Positions 56,726 to 64,000 of a stretch of 64,000 bases of DNA are shown here, one piece after another (within the stretch, counting starts at the first letter, position 1; every line of letters begins with the position of its first letter). The notes under the pieces were generated by a model that saw nothing but the letters and a program-made list of their open reading frames with translations, was not told the origin of the DNA and did no database searches. The translations under genes were made by a program, and so were the position numbers. Where the stretch lies: positions 880-64,879 of the IMG/VR virus record IMGVR_UViG_3300034111_001607; one strand, given 5' to 3'. Origin of the DNA: a virus. Its lineage: Duplodnaviria; Caudoviricetes.

Positions 56726-57832
56726 ATGAAGGATAGAGTCCATAAAAAACATACCACAAAATTTACAACAACGAGCAATAAAATATTGCAAGATAGCAGG
56801 CTTTCTTACGAAGCAATAGGAGTTTTTATGTATTTATGGTCAATGCCAGATGATTGGCAAGTTATGGTAAAACAAGTTATGAAACATAACAATTCAAGTG
56901 AATATAGTGTAAGAAAAGCTCTCCGTGAACTGCGTGATTTTGGTTATATGAAGTGGATAAGAACGCAGGGGTATTTTATATATGATATGTGTGAAGATGG
57001 AACTTTTCACTGTGGCGATATTCAACATAATGAAAGTCATTATAGTGATAGTCAACACAATGATATATATATACAAAACAATAACATTAACAAAACAATA
57101 AATGAAACAAACACCGCAAGCGGTTTTTCTTCTTCTCAAAGTAGTTATTCCGAAATTCCTAATAGCTCAGTTTGTAAGGAAAGCTTACATACTCAAGAGC
57201 AAAAAAATGAAGAGTTTAATCAATTTTGGGAAGAGTACGGTAAAAAAGTAAAAAAACTAAAGGCGGAGGAAAGTTTTAAAAAAGCACTTTCCAAAGCGTC
57301 TTTTGAGGAAATTATGCACGGAGTAAAAGAATACCAAAGATATTTGAAAGTTGCAAATGAAAAAAAGCAATGGCTAGGGAAAGCTGAACCGCACAAATGG
57401 TTAAATGAAGAGCGTTGGAATGATGATTATGAAGATTTGATAAAACAAGAGTATAAGAAGAACAATAAAACCCCACCAGTCGCACAGAAAAGCCCCGAGA
57501 AGCAACAAGAGGAGGTTAAAATGAATGAAGACAAACAAAAGAAGCGTGAAAGCGTTATAAAGCATTTAAACAGTGATGAGACGCAATTTATGAACTATAT
57601 TAAAGAAGTATTAAAACCATACTTTACAGAGTTACATAAATCTTGGATTAATGATTTTGTTTTTTCTTGTAGAAATAAAGTTGCATATTTTGGCTTTACC
57701 GAGCAAAAAAATATTGACACGGTAGATAGAAATTTTGTAAAATTTGAACAAATTATTCTGCGTGAAATTGCAAGCACGGAGCTGGTAAAACAAGGGGGCA
57801 ATTTAAAAATAGAATTGAAATTAATTGATTGA
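56726..57832 (+). CDS. Replication initiator-like protein (N-terminal HTH)
   Basis: FT..SN.ILQDSRLSYEAIGV..YLWSMPDDW, FNQFWEEY.KKV.K..A, P.KWLN.ERW.D. Confidence 0.8.
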   Translation: MKDRVHKKHTTKFTTTSNKILQDSRLSYEAIGVFMYLWSMPDDWQVMVKQVMKHNNSSEYSVRKALRELRDFGYMKWIRTQGYFIYDMCEDGTFHCGDIQHNESHYSDSQHNDIYIQNNNINKTINETNTASGFSSSQSSYSEIPNSSVCKESLHTQEQKNEEFNQFWEEYGKKVKKLKAEESFKKALSKASFEEIMHGVKEYQRYLKVANEKKQWLGKAEPHKWLNEERWNDDYEDLIKQEYKKNNKTPPVAQKSPEKQQEEVKMNEDKQKKRESVIKHLNSDETQFMNYIKEVLKPYFTELHKSWINDFVFSCRNKVAYFGFTEQKNIDTVDRNFVKFEQIILREIASTELVKQGGNLKIELKLID

Positions 57833-57835
57833 AAT

Positions 57836-58111
57836 ATGAGTATATTTTGTAGACACAATTATGTATTGTTAAGAAAAACAACACTAAATCATTATGAAAA
57901 TACATTACCATATTATCAGATTTCATATCAAATCAAAATTATATGTGAAAAATGTGGAAAAGTTAAAATATTTGAAACAAAGAGAATAATAACTGAACCT
58001 TATTATAGCATAGGTGGATATACTTTAAATGATGAACAACAAATACAATTTAAAATCAACAAAAATATTATAATACAAAAAGTAAAAAAATACGGTATAA
58101 CTATTGATTGA
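57836..58111 (+). CDS. Small Zn-ribbon-like hypothetical protein
   Basis: FCRH...CEKCGK; flanked by 16-bp direct repeats. Confidence 0.55.
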   Translation: MSIFCRHNYVLLRKTTLNHYENTLPYYQISYQIKIICEKCGKVKIFETKRIITEPYYSIGGYTLNDEQQIQFKINKNIIIQKVKKYGITID

Positions 58112-58114
58112 AAT

Positions 58115-58345
58115 ATGAAAAAATATAGTGCTATATTTTGCATTATGCAATGCAGTCCATGGATAATATTAAATATTAATGGAGAAGAACAAAATCTTCG
58201 CCCTCAGTCAACTAATTTACAGTCTGAATTTAATCGTATTAATGAAATAATGAGAAAGATGAAATTGCCACAATTTAAAAATTTTAATAAATCTAAAATT
58301 GAATATTATATTGTAAAAACTAAAAATTACAGATATTTTTACTAA
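58115..58345 (+). CDS. Hypothetical protein
   Basis: Coupled ORF. Confidence 0.45.
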   Translation: MKKYSAIFCIMQCSPWIILNINGEEQNLRPQSTNLQSEFNRINEIMRKMKLPQFKNFNKSKIEYYIVKTKNYRYFY

Positions 58346-58348
58346 ACT

Positions 58349-58561
58349 ATGGAAAAGATAACAATTGAAAACACTTCGCTTGCAAAAGCTTATGATGATG
58401 CAGTGAAGAAGTGGAGATTTAAAGATAGAGAAGCAATGCTGAAATATGCAGTTGCAGTTATGCTAGAGGCGGATGTGAGTACTTTAATAATTAAAAAGCG
58501 TAATGATTTTGGATTACACGACCGCTTTGAATACGACCCATCTGATGATTTAATTGAATGA
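58349..58561 (+). CDS. Hypothetical protein
   Basis: Coupled ORF. Confidence 0.5.
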   Translation: MEKITIENTSLAKAYDDAVKKWRFKDREAMLKYAVAVMLEADVSTLIIKKRNDFGLHDRFEYDPSDDLIE

Positions 58562-58564
58562 TAT

Positions 58565-58735
58565 ATGGCAAGAATTAAAGAACTTAAAGAATACCTTTCA
58601 CAATTCCCAGATGATATGGAAACAGATATTGATATTGTAAAACTTGAACCGTGGAGACTTGAACTTTTGGAATTAATGGAAAAGACCGGATATAATAAGA
58701 AATTGGAAAAATATAATCAAAAAATAACTTTTTAA
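58565..58735 (+). CDS. Small hypothetical protein (56 aa, not in the ORF track)
   Basis: MARIKELKEYLSQFPDDME...ITF* fills the gap. Confidence 0.55.
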   Translation: MARIKELKEYLSQFPDDMETDIDIVKLEPWRLELLELMEKTGYNKKLEKYNQKITF

Positions 58736-58742
58736 ATATAAA

Positions 58743-59258
58743 ATGCAAAACATTATTGAAAATCTTAACGAAAAAGAACTTGAATTTGCACTTCAAAATG
58801 CAAAACAACAGGTTGAAGTTATTAATGAAAATTTAAAACTGATGGAAAGCCGTACAAAGCTTTTAATTGCATTTCTTGTTGTGTCAATTATTTTTTACAT
58901 AGGAATACTACTGTTGCAAGATATATCATTATATGTTAAAATATGTGTAGATGTTGCAATATTATTTTACACTTTTATAATATCAATTATTGTGCATTGT
59001 TATTTTTCCAAAGCGTTGCCATCGCAAGCTCCAAAAACGGAAAGCATATTGGAATTTATAAGATATTACAAACAAATTAACAATGAACAGCCACTGTTTT
59101 TAACAAAAAAAGATGTTTTAGAAACAATACTTTATACAACAATTCCTGAACTTGAAAAACTCAAACGGAAAAGAGCAAATATTTTCAATTATTCCATAAA
59201 AACTGTTTTTGCATTTTTTGCAATTACAAATATTGCTATATGTATATTAACTTTTTAA
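58743..59258 (+). CDS. Membrane protein (3 TM)
   Basis: Two adjacent TM segments plus a C-terminal TM segment. Confidence 0.6.
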   Translation: MQNIIENLNEKELEFALQNAKQQVEVINENLKLMESRTKLLIAFLVVSIIFYIGILLLQDISLYVKICVDVAILFYTFIISIIVHCYFSKALPSQAPKTESILEFIRYYKQINNEQPLFLTKKDVLETILYTTIPELEKLKRKRANIFNYSIKTVFAFFAITNIAICILTF

Positions 59259-59265
59259 ACTCAAA

Positions 59266-59544
59266 ATGAAAAAAACTACAAATAAGAAAAAACTAAAAAA
59301 TAATGTTATAAATAAAAACTACGAAGCATTCGTAAAAATATTGCCACAACTTATACAATTATATTATGGTAAATTTGCTCTGTTACGAGATGAAAAAATA
59401 ATTAAAATTTTTGATACATTACCAGATGCTTACGAAACTGGGAAATTATTATATAATGATGGTTTATTTTCTGTACAAGAAATTAAACATAACACAGCTA
59501 CGAATCTTGGATTTTTTGCTAGCATTTTACATGCAAATGTATGA
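59266..59544 (+). CDS. DUF5678-like protein
   Basis: NYEAF...L...YYGKFALLRDEKII..FDT..DAY..G. Confidence 0.5.
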   Translation: MKKTTNKKKLKNNVINKNYEAFVKILPQLIQLYYGKFALLRDEKIIKIFDTLPDAYETGKLLYNDGLFSVQEIKHNTATNLGFFASILHANV

Positions 59545-59662
59545 TGTTTATTGCAACTGGAAAGCTTTTAGAAAGCAATAATCATCACATTGTTTTGAAA
59601 CAACAAAGAAAAAATACTTAAAAAATTAAAAGAATATTACCAAAAAAATATAACAAAAAAAT

Positions 59663-60130
59663 ATGAAATTTGAAGTGCCAATACACCAAAAACCAATTAT
59701 CTATAATAAAGATATTATAAAAGATGTTATCTTAGTTATGCAAAAACCCCAAGAGACTTATATCCAACAGTCTTGCAAGGTAATATTTGATAGAACAAAA
59801 CTTGAAATGCGAGACAAGTTTGAAATGGACTTTATGCAGGTAGATAACGGCGGAAAGCAAACGCAGGGTGGCAAGTTTAGAAAAAAAGCAGAAGGCACTA
59901 TAAAAGGTGCTTCCGATGTGCAATTATGGTTTCACTGTAAAAAAACTGGATTTTCAAAAATGGTTTTGTGTGAATTTAAGCGTATTGGAACGCCGTCTCA
60001 AATTGATATTAAAGATGAGCAGGTTTCCTTTCAAGAGCGGTGGAAAGCATTTTATAATTGCGAAGGCTTTATTACTAACAACCCACTTTATTTTGAGTGG
60101 AAAATATATGATATTTTAAAAAACTTTTGA
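59663..60130 (+). CDS. VRR-NUC-like PD-(D/E)xK nuclease/resolvase
   Basis: KAEG..KGASDV...CEFK....EQ..FQ. Confidence 0.7.
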   Translation: MKFEVPIHQKPIIYNKDIIKDVILVMQKPQETYIQQSCKVIFDRTKLEMRDKFEMDFMQVDNGGKQTQGGKFRKKAEGTIKGASDVQLWFHCKKTGFSKMVLCEFKRIGTPSQIDIKDEQVSFQERWKAFYNCEGFITNNPLYFEWKIYDILKNF

Positions 60131-60137
60131 AAAGTGC

Positions 60138-60179
60138 TTGATATAGTGCAAAAAATATGTTATAGTTAAATATAACTAA
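60138..60179 (+). promoter_or_regulatory. sigma70 promoter with downstream TAACTAA motif
   Basis: TTGATA-N17-TATAGT. Confidence 0.6.
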
Positions 60180-60189
60180 TACAAATTTT

Positions 60190-60900
60190 ATGCAAAAACT
60201 AACACAACTACAAAAGTTAAATACTTTTCACAAAATTATTCAAAGAAATTTTGGATACCATTTAAAAAAGTATGATTACAATTCATACAAAGATTTTCAA
60301 TTAGCGTCAAATTTAATTATTGAAAATATACAATATTCAGCACTTCAAAGATATTTACCAGTACATGAGCTTGATATTACAAATGAAGCACAAGTAAAAG
60401 AATTTTTTAAAAATCCTGATAATTTCGAAAAATTAAAAGATGCTTTTGCTTATATAGCTAAAAATAATGACAAAGTTGACAATATTGGTTATCATAAAGT
60501 ATACAATGATAATTTTGATTTTATTGGAAATGCTGGGTTTATTATTCACAAAGCAGAAAATGGAAAAGCTTCATATATTGAAAGAGGTATTCACTTGGAT
60601 GAAAAAACACGAAATTCACAAGATGGCAAAAGCAAAAAACAAGGTTCACAAATAATGCGTTTGGTTGTTGAAAATTTAGAAGATAATCTAGACAAAGTTG
60701 ATATGAATGGTACAATACTTTCGTCAATTTTAAAAAGTAATACAAGAAGTCAAAACTTTACACTAAAACATAAGTTGAATATAGGAAATCCAACAAGTGA
60801 AGATGATTTAACTTATAAATGGGAACAACCAATTAAAAGTTTTGTTTCAAGAATGAGTGAAATTAAAAAATCATTAGACAATGATATTCGTAAAATGTGA
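60190..60900 (+). CDS. GNAT (RimJ/RimL-like) fold protein
   Basis: FIGNAGF, IERGIHL, QGSQIM, ILKSNTRSQ. Confidence 0.5.
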   Translation: MQKLTQLQKLNTFHKIIQRNFGYHLKKYDYNSYKDFQLASNLIIENIQYSALQRYLPVHELDITNEAQVKEFFKNPDNFEKLKDAFAYIAKNNDKVDNIGYHKVYNDNFDFIGNAGFIIHKAENGKASYIERGIHLDEKTRNSQDGKSKKQGSQIMRLVVENLEDNLDKVDMNGTILSSILKSNTRSQNFTLKHKLNIGNPTSEDDLTYKWEQPIKSFVSRMSEIKKSLDNDIRKM

Positions 60901-60915
60901 AATAATATTATTAAA

Positions 60916-61030
60916 TCTCAGGGCGTCCAGAGTGTTCTAGAGTTGGAAACTGGACGCAAAAATACAAGAGACTAAAAAACAGCTTATATGAAAATATTAA
61001 CTCGTAAGAGATGAACTGTGTAAGCTCGAT
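60916..61030. other. Structured intergenic element (terminator and/or antisense sRNA)
   Basis: GCGTCCAG/CTGGACGC hairpin; AGCTTA/TAAGCT stem enclosing CTC-GTAA-GAG. Confidence 0.4.
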
Positions 61031-61141
61031 AATTGAATATACTGTAATTTATAAAAGTCAAGGAAAATTATTTTAAATATAATAAAAAAGTTCTTGACTT
61101 TAGAAAGTTAATTATTATTATTGATTGTTAATATAACAACA

Positions 61142-61357
61142 ATGCGTAAAATACTTAAAAAAAAAATTGAAATTTATTGTGCTGAAAATGAAATTACACA
61201 AGCACAACTTTGTAAAAAAGTAGGAATTTCACACTCAACATTAATACGCTGGTGTAATGAAAAACAGTTAAGTAATATTGATAATTTATTAAGTTTGATG
61301 ATTGAACTTAAATTACAGCCAAAAGATTTTGAAATAGTTAATAATTTAGAAAAATAA
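61142..61357 (+). CDS. XRE-family HTH regulator
   Basis: ITQAQLCKKVGISHSTLIRW. Confidence 0.8.
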   Translation: MRKILKKKIEIYCAENEITQAQLCKKVGISHSTLIRWCNEKQLSNIDNLLSLMIELKLQPKDFEIVNNLEK

Positions 61358-61358
61358 T

Positions 61359-61796
61359 ATGCAACAAAATTTAGATAAGCTTCAGTTTAGAGTTTGGGAT
61401 AAGGGAAGTTCAAATGTAAAAGCACAGATGATTTATTGCTCTGGCTTTAGTGTACTTGATGGTAATATTATAAGACTGTACGACGAATATGGACACATTA
61501 TTGATTCTTGTTGTGCTACAATACAAAACCTTATGCAATCTACAGGCTTAAAAGACAAAAATGGAAAGTTAGTTTTTGAGGGAGATGTTGTTCAAGAAAA
61601 ATACGAAAATCATTTAGGGAATATTGAATACGAAAATCATCTTGTAATCTTTAAAAACAGTTGTTTTCAATTCGCAATACAAGGGGATTTAGATAATCTT
61701 GAAATAATGTGCAGTATGAAAGAGCAAGAAGATGAAAATCTTGATGTTGAAATTATCGGAAATATTTACGAACATAGTTTTTTACTTGACAAATAA
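61359..61796 (+). CDS. YopX family protein
   Basis: FRVWDK, LMQSTGLKDKNGKLVFEGDVV, EIIGNIYE. Confidence 0.9.
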   Translation: MQQNLDKLQFRVWDKGSSNVKAQMIYCSGFSVLDGNIIRLYDEYGHIIDSCCATIQNLMQSTGLKDKNGKLVFEGDVVQEKYENHLGNIEYENHLVIFKNSCFQFAIQGDLDNLEIMCSMKEQEDENLDVEIIGNIYEHSFLLDK

Positions 61797-61842
61797 TTCT
61801 GTATTTATATATATTTATATTATAAAAATCTTAATATATTGT

Positions 61843-62418
61843 ATGGCTAGAATAAAAGGAAAAACTGGTTTCCCATTGTCAGAAGAAACAAAAAAGAAAA
61901 TTGGTTTGGCAAATAAAGGAGTGTGGATTAAATATAATTGTGATTATTGTAATCAAGAAAATGAAGAAAAAGAATCACATTACAAAAAAAAGAAAAGGCA
62001 CTTTTGTAATATAAAATGTTATGGATTATTTAGAAAAGAAAAAATGCACTTTACCGAACAACCTTCATATAAAGGTGTGAGAAAAATAGATGATACTAAA
62101 CAGATTTATCATCAAAATTATTGCAAGAAAAAGCCAAACATTATTGCTCATTTAAAAGCAAGAAGGTATGCAAAAGAAAGAAATGCAGAAGGCAAACATA
62201 CATTAGAAGAGTGGGAAATGTTAAAAGACAGTTATGGGAACGCATGTGCATTTTGTAAAAAAAATATAAAACTCACAAAAGACCATATTATACCATTAAG
62301 CAAAAATGGTACTGATTATATAGAGAATATTCAACCATTATGTCATTCATGTAATAGTAAAAAACATAACAAAGAAAAATACATTTACGAAACACCACAA
62401 CTCTTAAAAAAAATATGA
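61843..62418 (+). CDS. HNH homing endonuclease with NUMOD3 motif
   Basis: LSEETKKKIG, CAFC..LTKDHIIPLSKNG.D.IENIQPLCHSCNSKK. Confidence 0.88.
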   Translation: MARIKGKTGFPLSEETKKKIGLANKGVWIKYNCDYCNQENEEKESHYKKKKRHFCNIKCYGLFRKEKMHFTEQPSYKGVRKIDDTKQIYHQNYCKKKPNIIAHLKARRYAKERNAEGKHTLEEWEMLKDSYGNACAFCKKNIKLTKDHIIPLSKNGTDYIENIQPLCHSCNSKKHNKEKYIYETPQLLKKI

Positions 62419-62645
62419 TAGAACAACTATTTCCACAAATTTATACATACCAAGGTAAAAGATACCGCACTAAGATAATAGAAGATAAAACAGAAAGTGA
62501 TGGAATATTGTTGGTTATTTTAAATAACTATGTAGCTTATGAAACAATAAATCAAGATAACCAAAATGTAGATGGTAGGGTATATTTTAGATGCCGTTAT
62601 GATTTTGAGGAAAAATTTAAAAAAGAAATAATTAATCAAAAATAG
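62415..62645 (+). CDS. Hypothetical protein (DUF1653-like)
   Basis: Y.YQGKRY...VAYE....YFR...DFEEKF. Confidence 0.45.
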   Translation: MIEQLFPQIYTYQGKRYRTKIIEDKTESDGILLVILNNYVAYETINQDNQNVDGRVYFRCRYDFEEKFKKEIINQK

Positions 62646-62646
62646 T

Positions 62647-63198
62647 ATGAAACTGAACTTTACAATTTTAGAAAAAAGCCGTAAAATAATAAAGTTTTTT
62701 TATATAATAGGACAAGAGCCTTTGTTTCAAGCCAGTGGTATAATATTAGCATTTGCTATACCAAATAATACAGTTAAAATAATAGTATTATTGATAACAT
62801 TAGCCCTACTTCTTAGAAATAAACAAAGTGTAGTTAATAACAATAATTTCCACCTCAAAGAGCCAATGCGTGTAAATCATTTAATGTTTAGTAATAATGA
62901 AGTTTTACAAAAAGCATTAAATAGACAACTTGACAACGGATATAAAGTGAATATGATTTTAGAGCTTATTGAAAACGATGATGTTTCTTCGTGGGAAGAT
63001 GATGAGTTGCAGACATTGATAGACTTATATGAGAAGGCAAGGTGGAATTGTTTTAAACAAAGAGATACGCGAGATTACGAAACAAAAGAAATTACAAAAA
63101 CGGAAACTAAAACAGAAGAAGAGTATCAAAAAGCATTATTGCACAAAGAGAAATGTCTTAAGGAACTTAAGGAATATTTGGAAAATAAATTTAATTGA
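62647..63198 (+). CDS. Hypothetical membrane protein
   Basis: N-terminal hydrophobic hairpin. Confidence 0.5.
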   Translation: MKLNFTILEKSRKIIKFFYIIGQEPLFQASGIILAFAIPNNTVKIIVLLITLALLLRNKQSVVNNNNFHLKEPMRVNHLMFSNNEVLQKALNRQLDNGYKVNMILELIENDDVSSWEDDELQTLIDLYEKARWNCFKQRDTRDYETKEITKTETKTEEEYQKALLHKEKCLKELKEYLENKFN

Positions 63199-63208
63199 TA
63201 AAAATAAT

Positions 63209-63847
63209 ATGATACACCCACTTAAACTGCAACGCAGTAATATGATTGCATACGAACAAATTGACAAAGACGGAAATCACATTATAATTGATGGTAAAAG
63301 CCAAATGCCCGATTATTTAAGTGAAAAGTTTTTATTAGAAGAGTATCAAGAAAAAATACAAGCTGAAAGTGATTTAAAAATAATTGAAAGCATTAAAGAT
63401 GTTTTAAGTCAAAACTACTATTTTAAAATTATTGAAGTAGGCGAGTTGCTGCACGCAGATGCACTTGGTGATATTCTTATATGCACAGCAGGGGCAGGTA
63501 TTCAACACAAAATATCTTTAGAAGATTTCCCAGAACATTTTCACAAAAACCAATGGGAAGTAAGCCCAACGGACAATAAAGTTGATATTTTAAAAACAGT
63601 TGAATTAATACAAAATGATTTATCAAGTAAGCATGCAACCGCACAAAAATTACATTTAATATGGAATACCATTATTATTGAAGCAAAAGAACATTGCTTT
63701 GATATTGAGGGAATTTATAATGCAATTGCAGAAAATAACCTTGCAAGAATTATTTACGATGAAAATGGAAAACCAAAACGCAATTCAGAAACTAATAAAA
63801 TTATGCGTAAAGATATGCACCCAGATTTAACACCTTTTATTTTATAA
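63209..63847 (+). CDS. MazG-like/PRA-PH family NTP pyrophosphohydrolase
   Basis: LLEEYQE, ADALGDIL, FDIEGIYNAIAENNLAR..DENGKPKR..NKIM...PDL. Confidence 0.75.
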   Translation: MIHPLKLQRSNMIAYEQIDKDGNHIIIDGKSQMPDYLSEKFLLEEYQEKIQAESDLKIIESIKDVLSQNYYFKIIEVGELLHADALGDILICTAGAGIQHKISLEDFPEHFHKNQWEVSPTDNKVDILKTVELIQNDLSSKHATAQKLHLIWNTIIIEAKEHCFDIEGIYNAIAENNLARIIYDENGKPKRNSETNKIMRKDMHPDLTPFIL

Positions 63848-63850
63848 TTT

Positions 63851-64000
63851 ATGTCATACATAATAATACCAAAAGCCAAAATCATACATTACATATATAA
63901 TGGAGAAGAAAAGAACCCTCCAAAAATAACCGAATACGAAGGTAAAAAATATGCCTCTTTTACCATTGAAGAAAAAATTGCAGTGTGGAATAAAAAAGAG
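63851..64000 (+). CDS. 5' part of a hypothetical protein (partial)
   Basis: MSYIIIPKAK... open to the window end. Confidence 0.5.
   Translation, partial: MSYIIIPKAKIIHYIYNGEEKNPPKITEYEGKKYASFTIEEKIAVWNKKE

Noticed and set aside
61732-61842. N-terminal extension of the HNH ORF
   Set aside because: Overlaps yopX and the HNH promoter; ATG 61843 is preferred
63029-63208. N-terminal extension of the MazG-like ORF
   Set aside because: Overlaps the upstream gene; ATG 63209 has the typical context
1-64000. CRISPR array, DGR, retron or other RT system, IS element, integrase
   Set aside because: No regularly spaced repeats and no RT (YxDD), transposase or tyrosine/serine recombinase motifs were recognised in the ORF track
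1-64000. Stop-codon reassignment
   Set aside because: Conserved genes are full length in the standard code, and TAA, TGA and TAG all end genes at tight junctions

Overview
The whole window is an AT-rich tailed-phage genome segment with a contractile tail. No integrase or host chromosomal genes are visible. Left half, mostly minus strand: lysis genes (holins, T7-type amidase), tail fibres and tailspike, a Mu-like baseplate/sheath/tube/tape-measure module, HK97-fold head genes, terminase and a DNA methyltransferase. The portal, minor head gene and baseplate spike lie on the opposite strand. Right half: many small accessory genes, nucleotide-metabolism genes (long-form hisG, alphaproteobacterial-type nrdA with a 40-aa insertion, a degenerate PRPP-synthetase-fold protein, a MazG/PRA-PH-like pyrophosphatase), recombination and replication genes, and HNH nucleases. 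The most notable non-coding signals are: (i) two copies, 43 kb apart, of a covarying pseudoknot/switch RNA in promoter-proximal leaders; (ii) a perfect sigma70 promoter driving an aberrant tRNA-like element followed by a ~200-nt structured RNA; (iii) a -1 frameshift in the tail chaperone; (iv) a recurrent stop-start junction motif, with Shine-Dalgarno sites generally absent. All protein calls come from motif recognition by eye, not from database searches.
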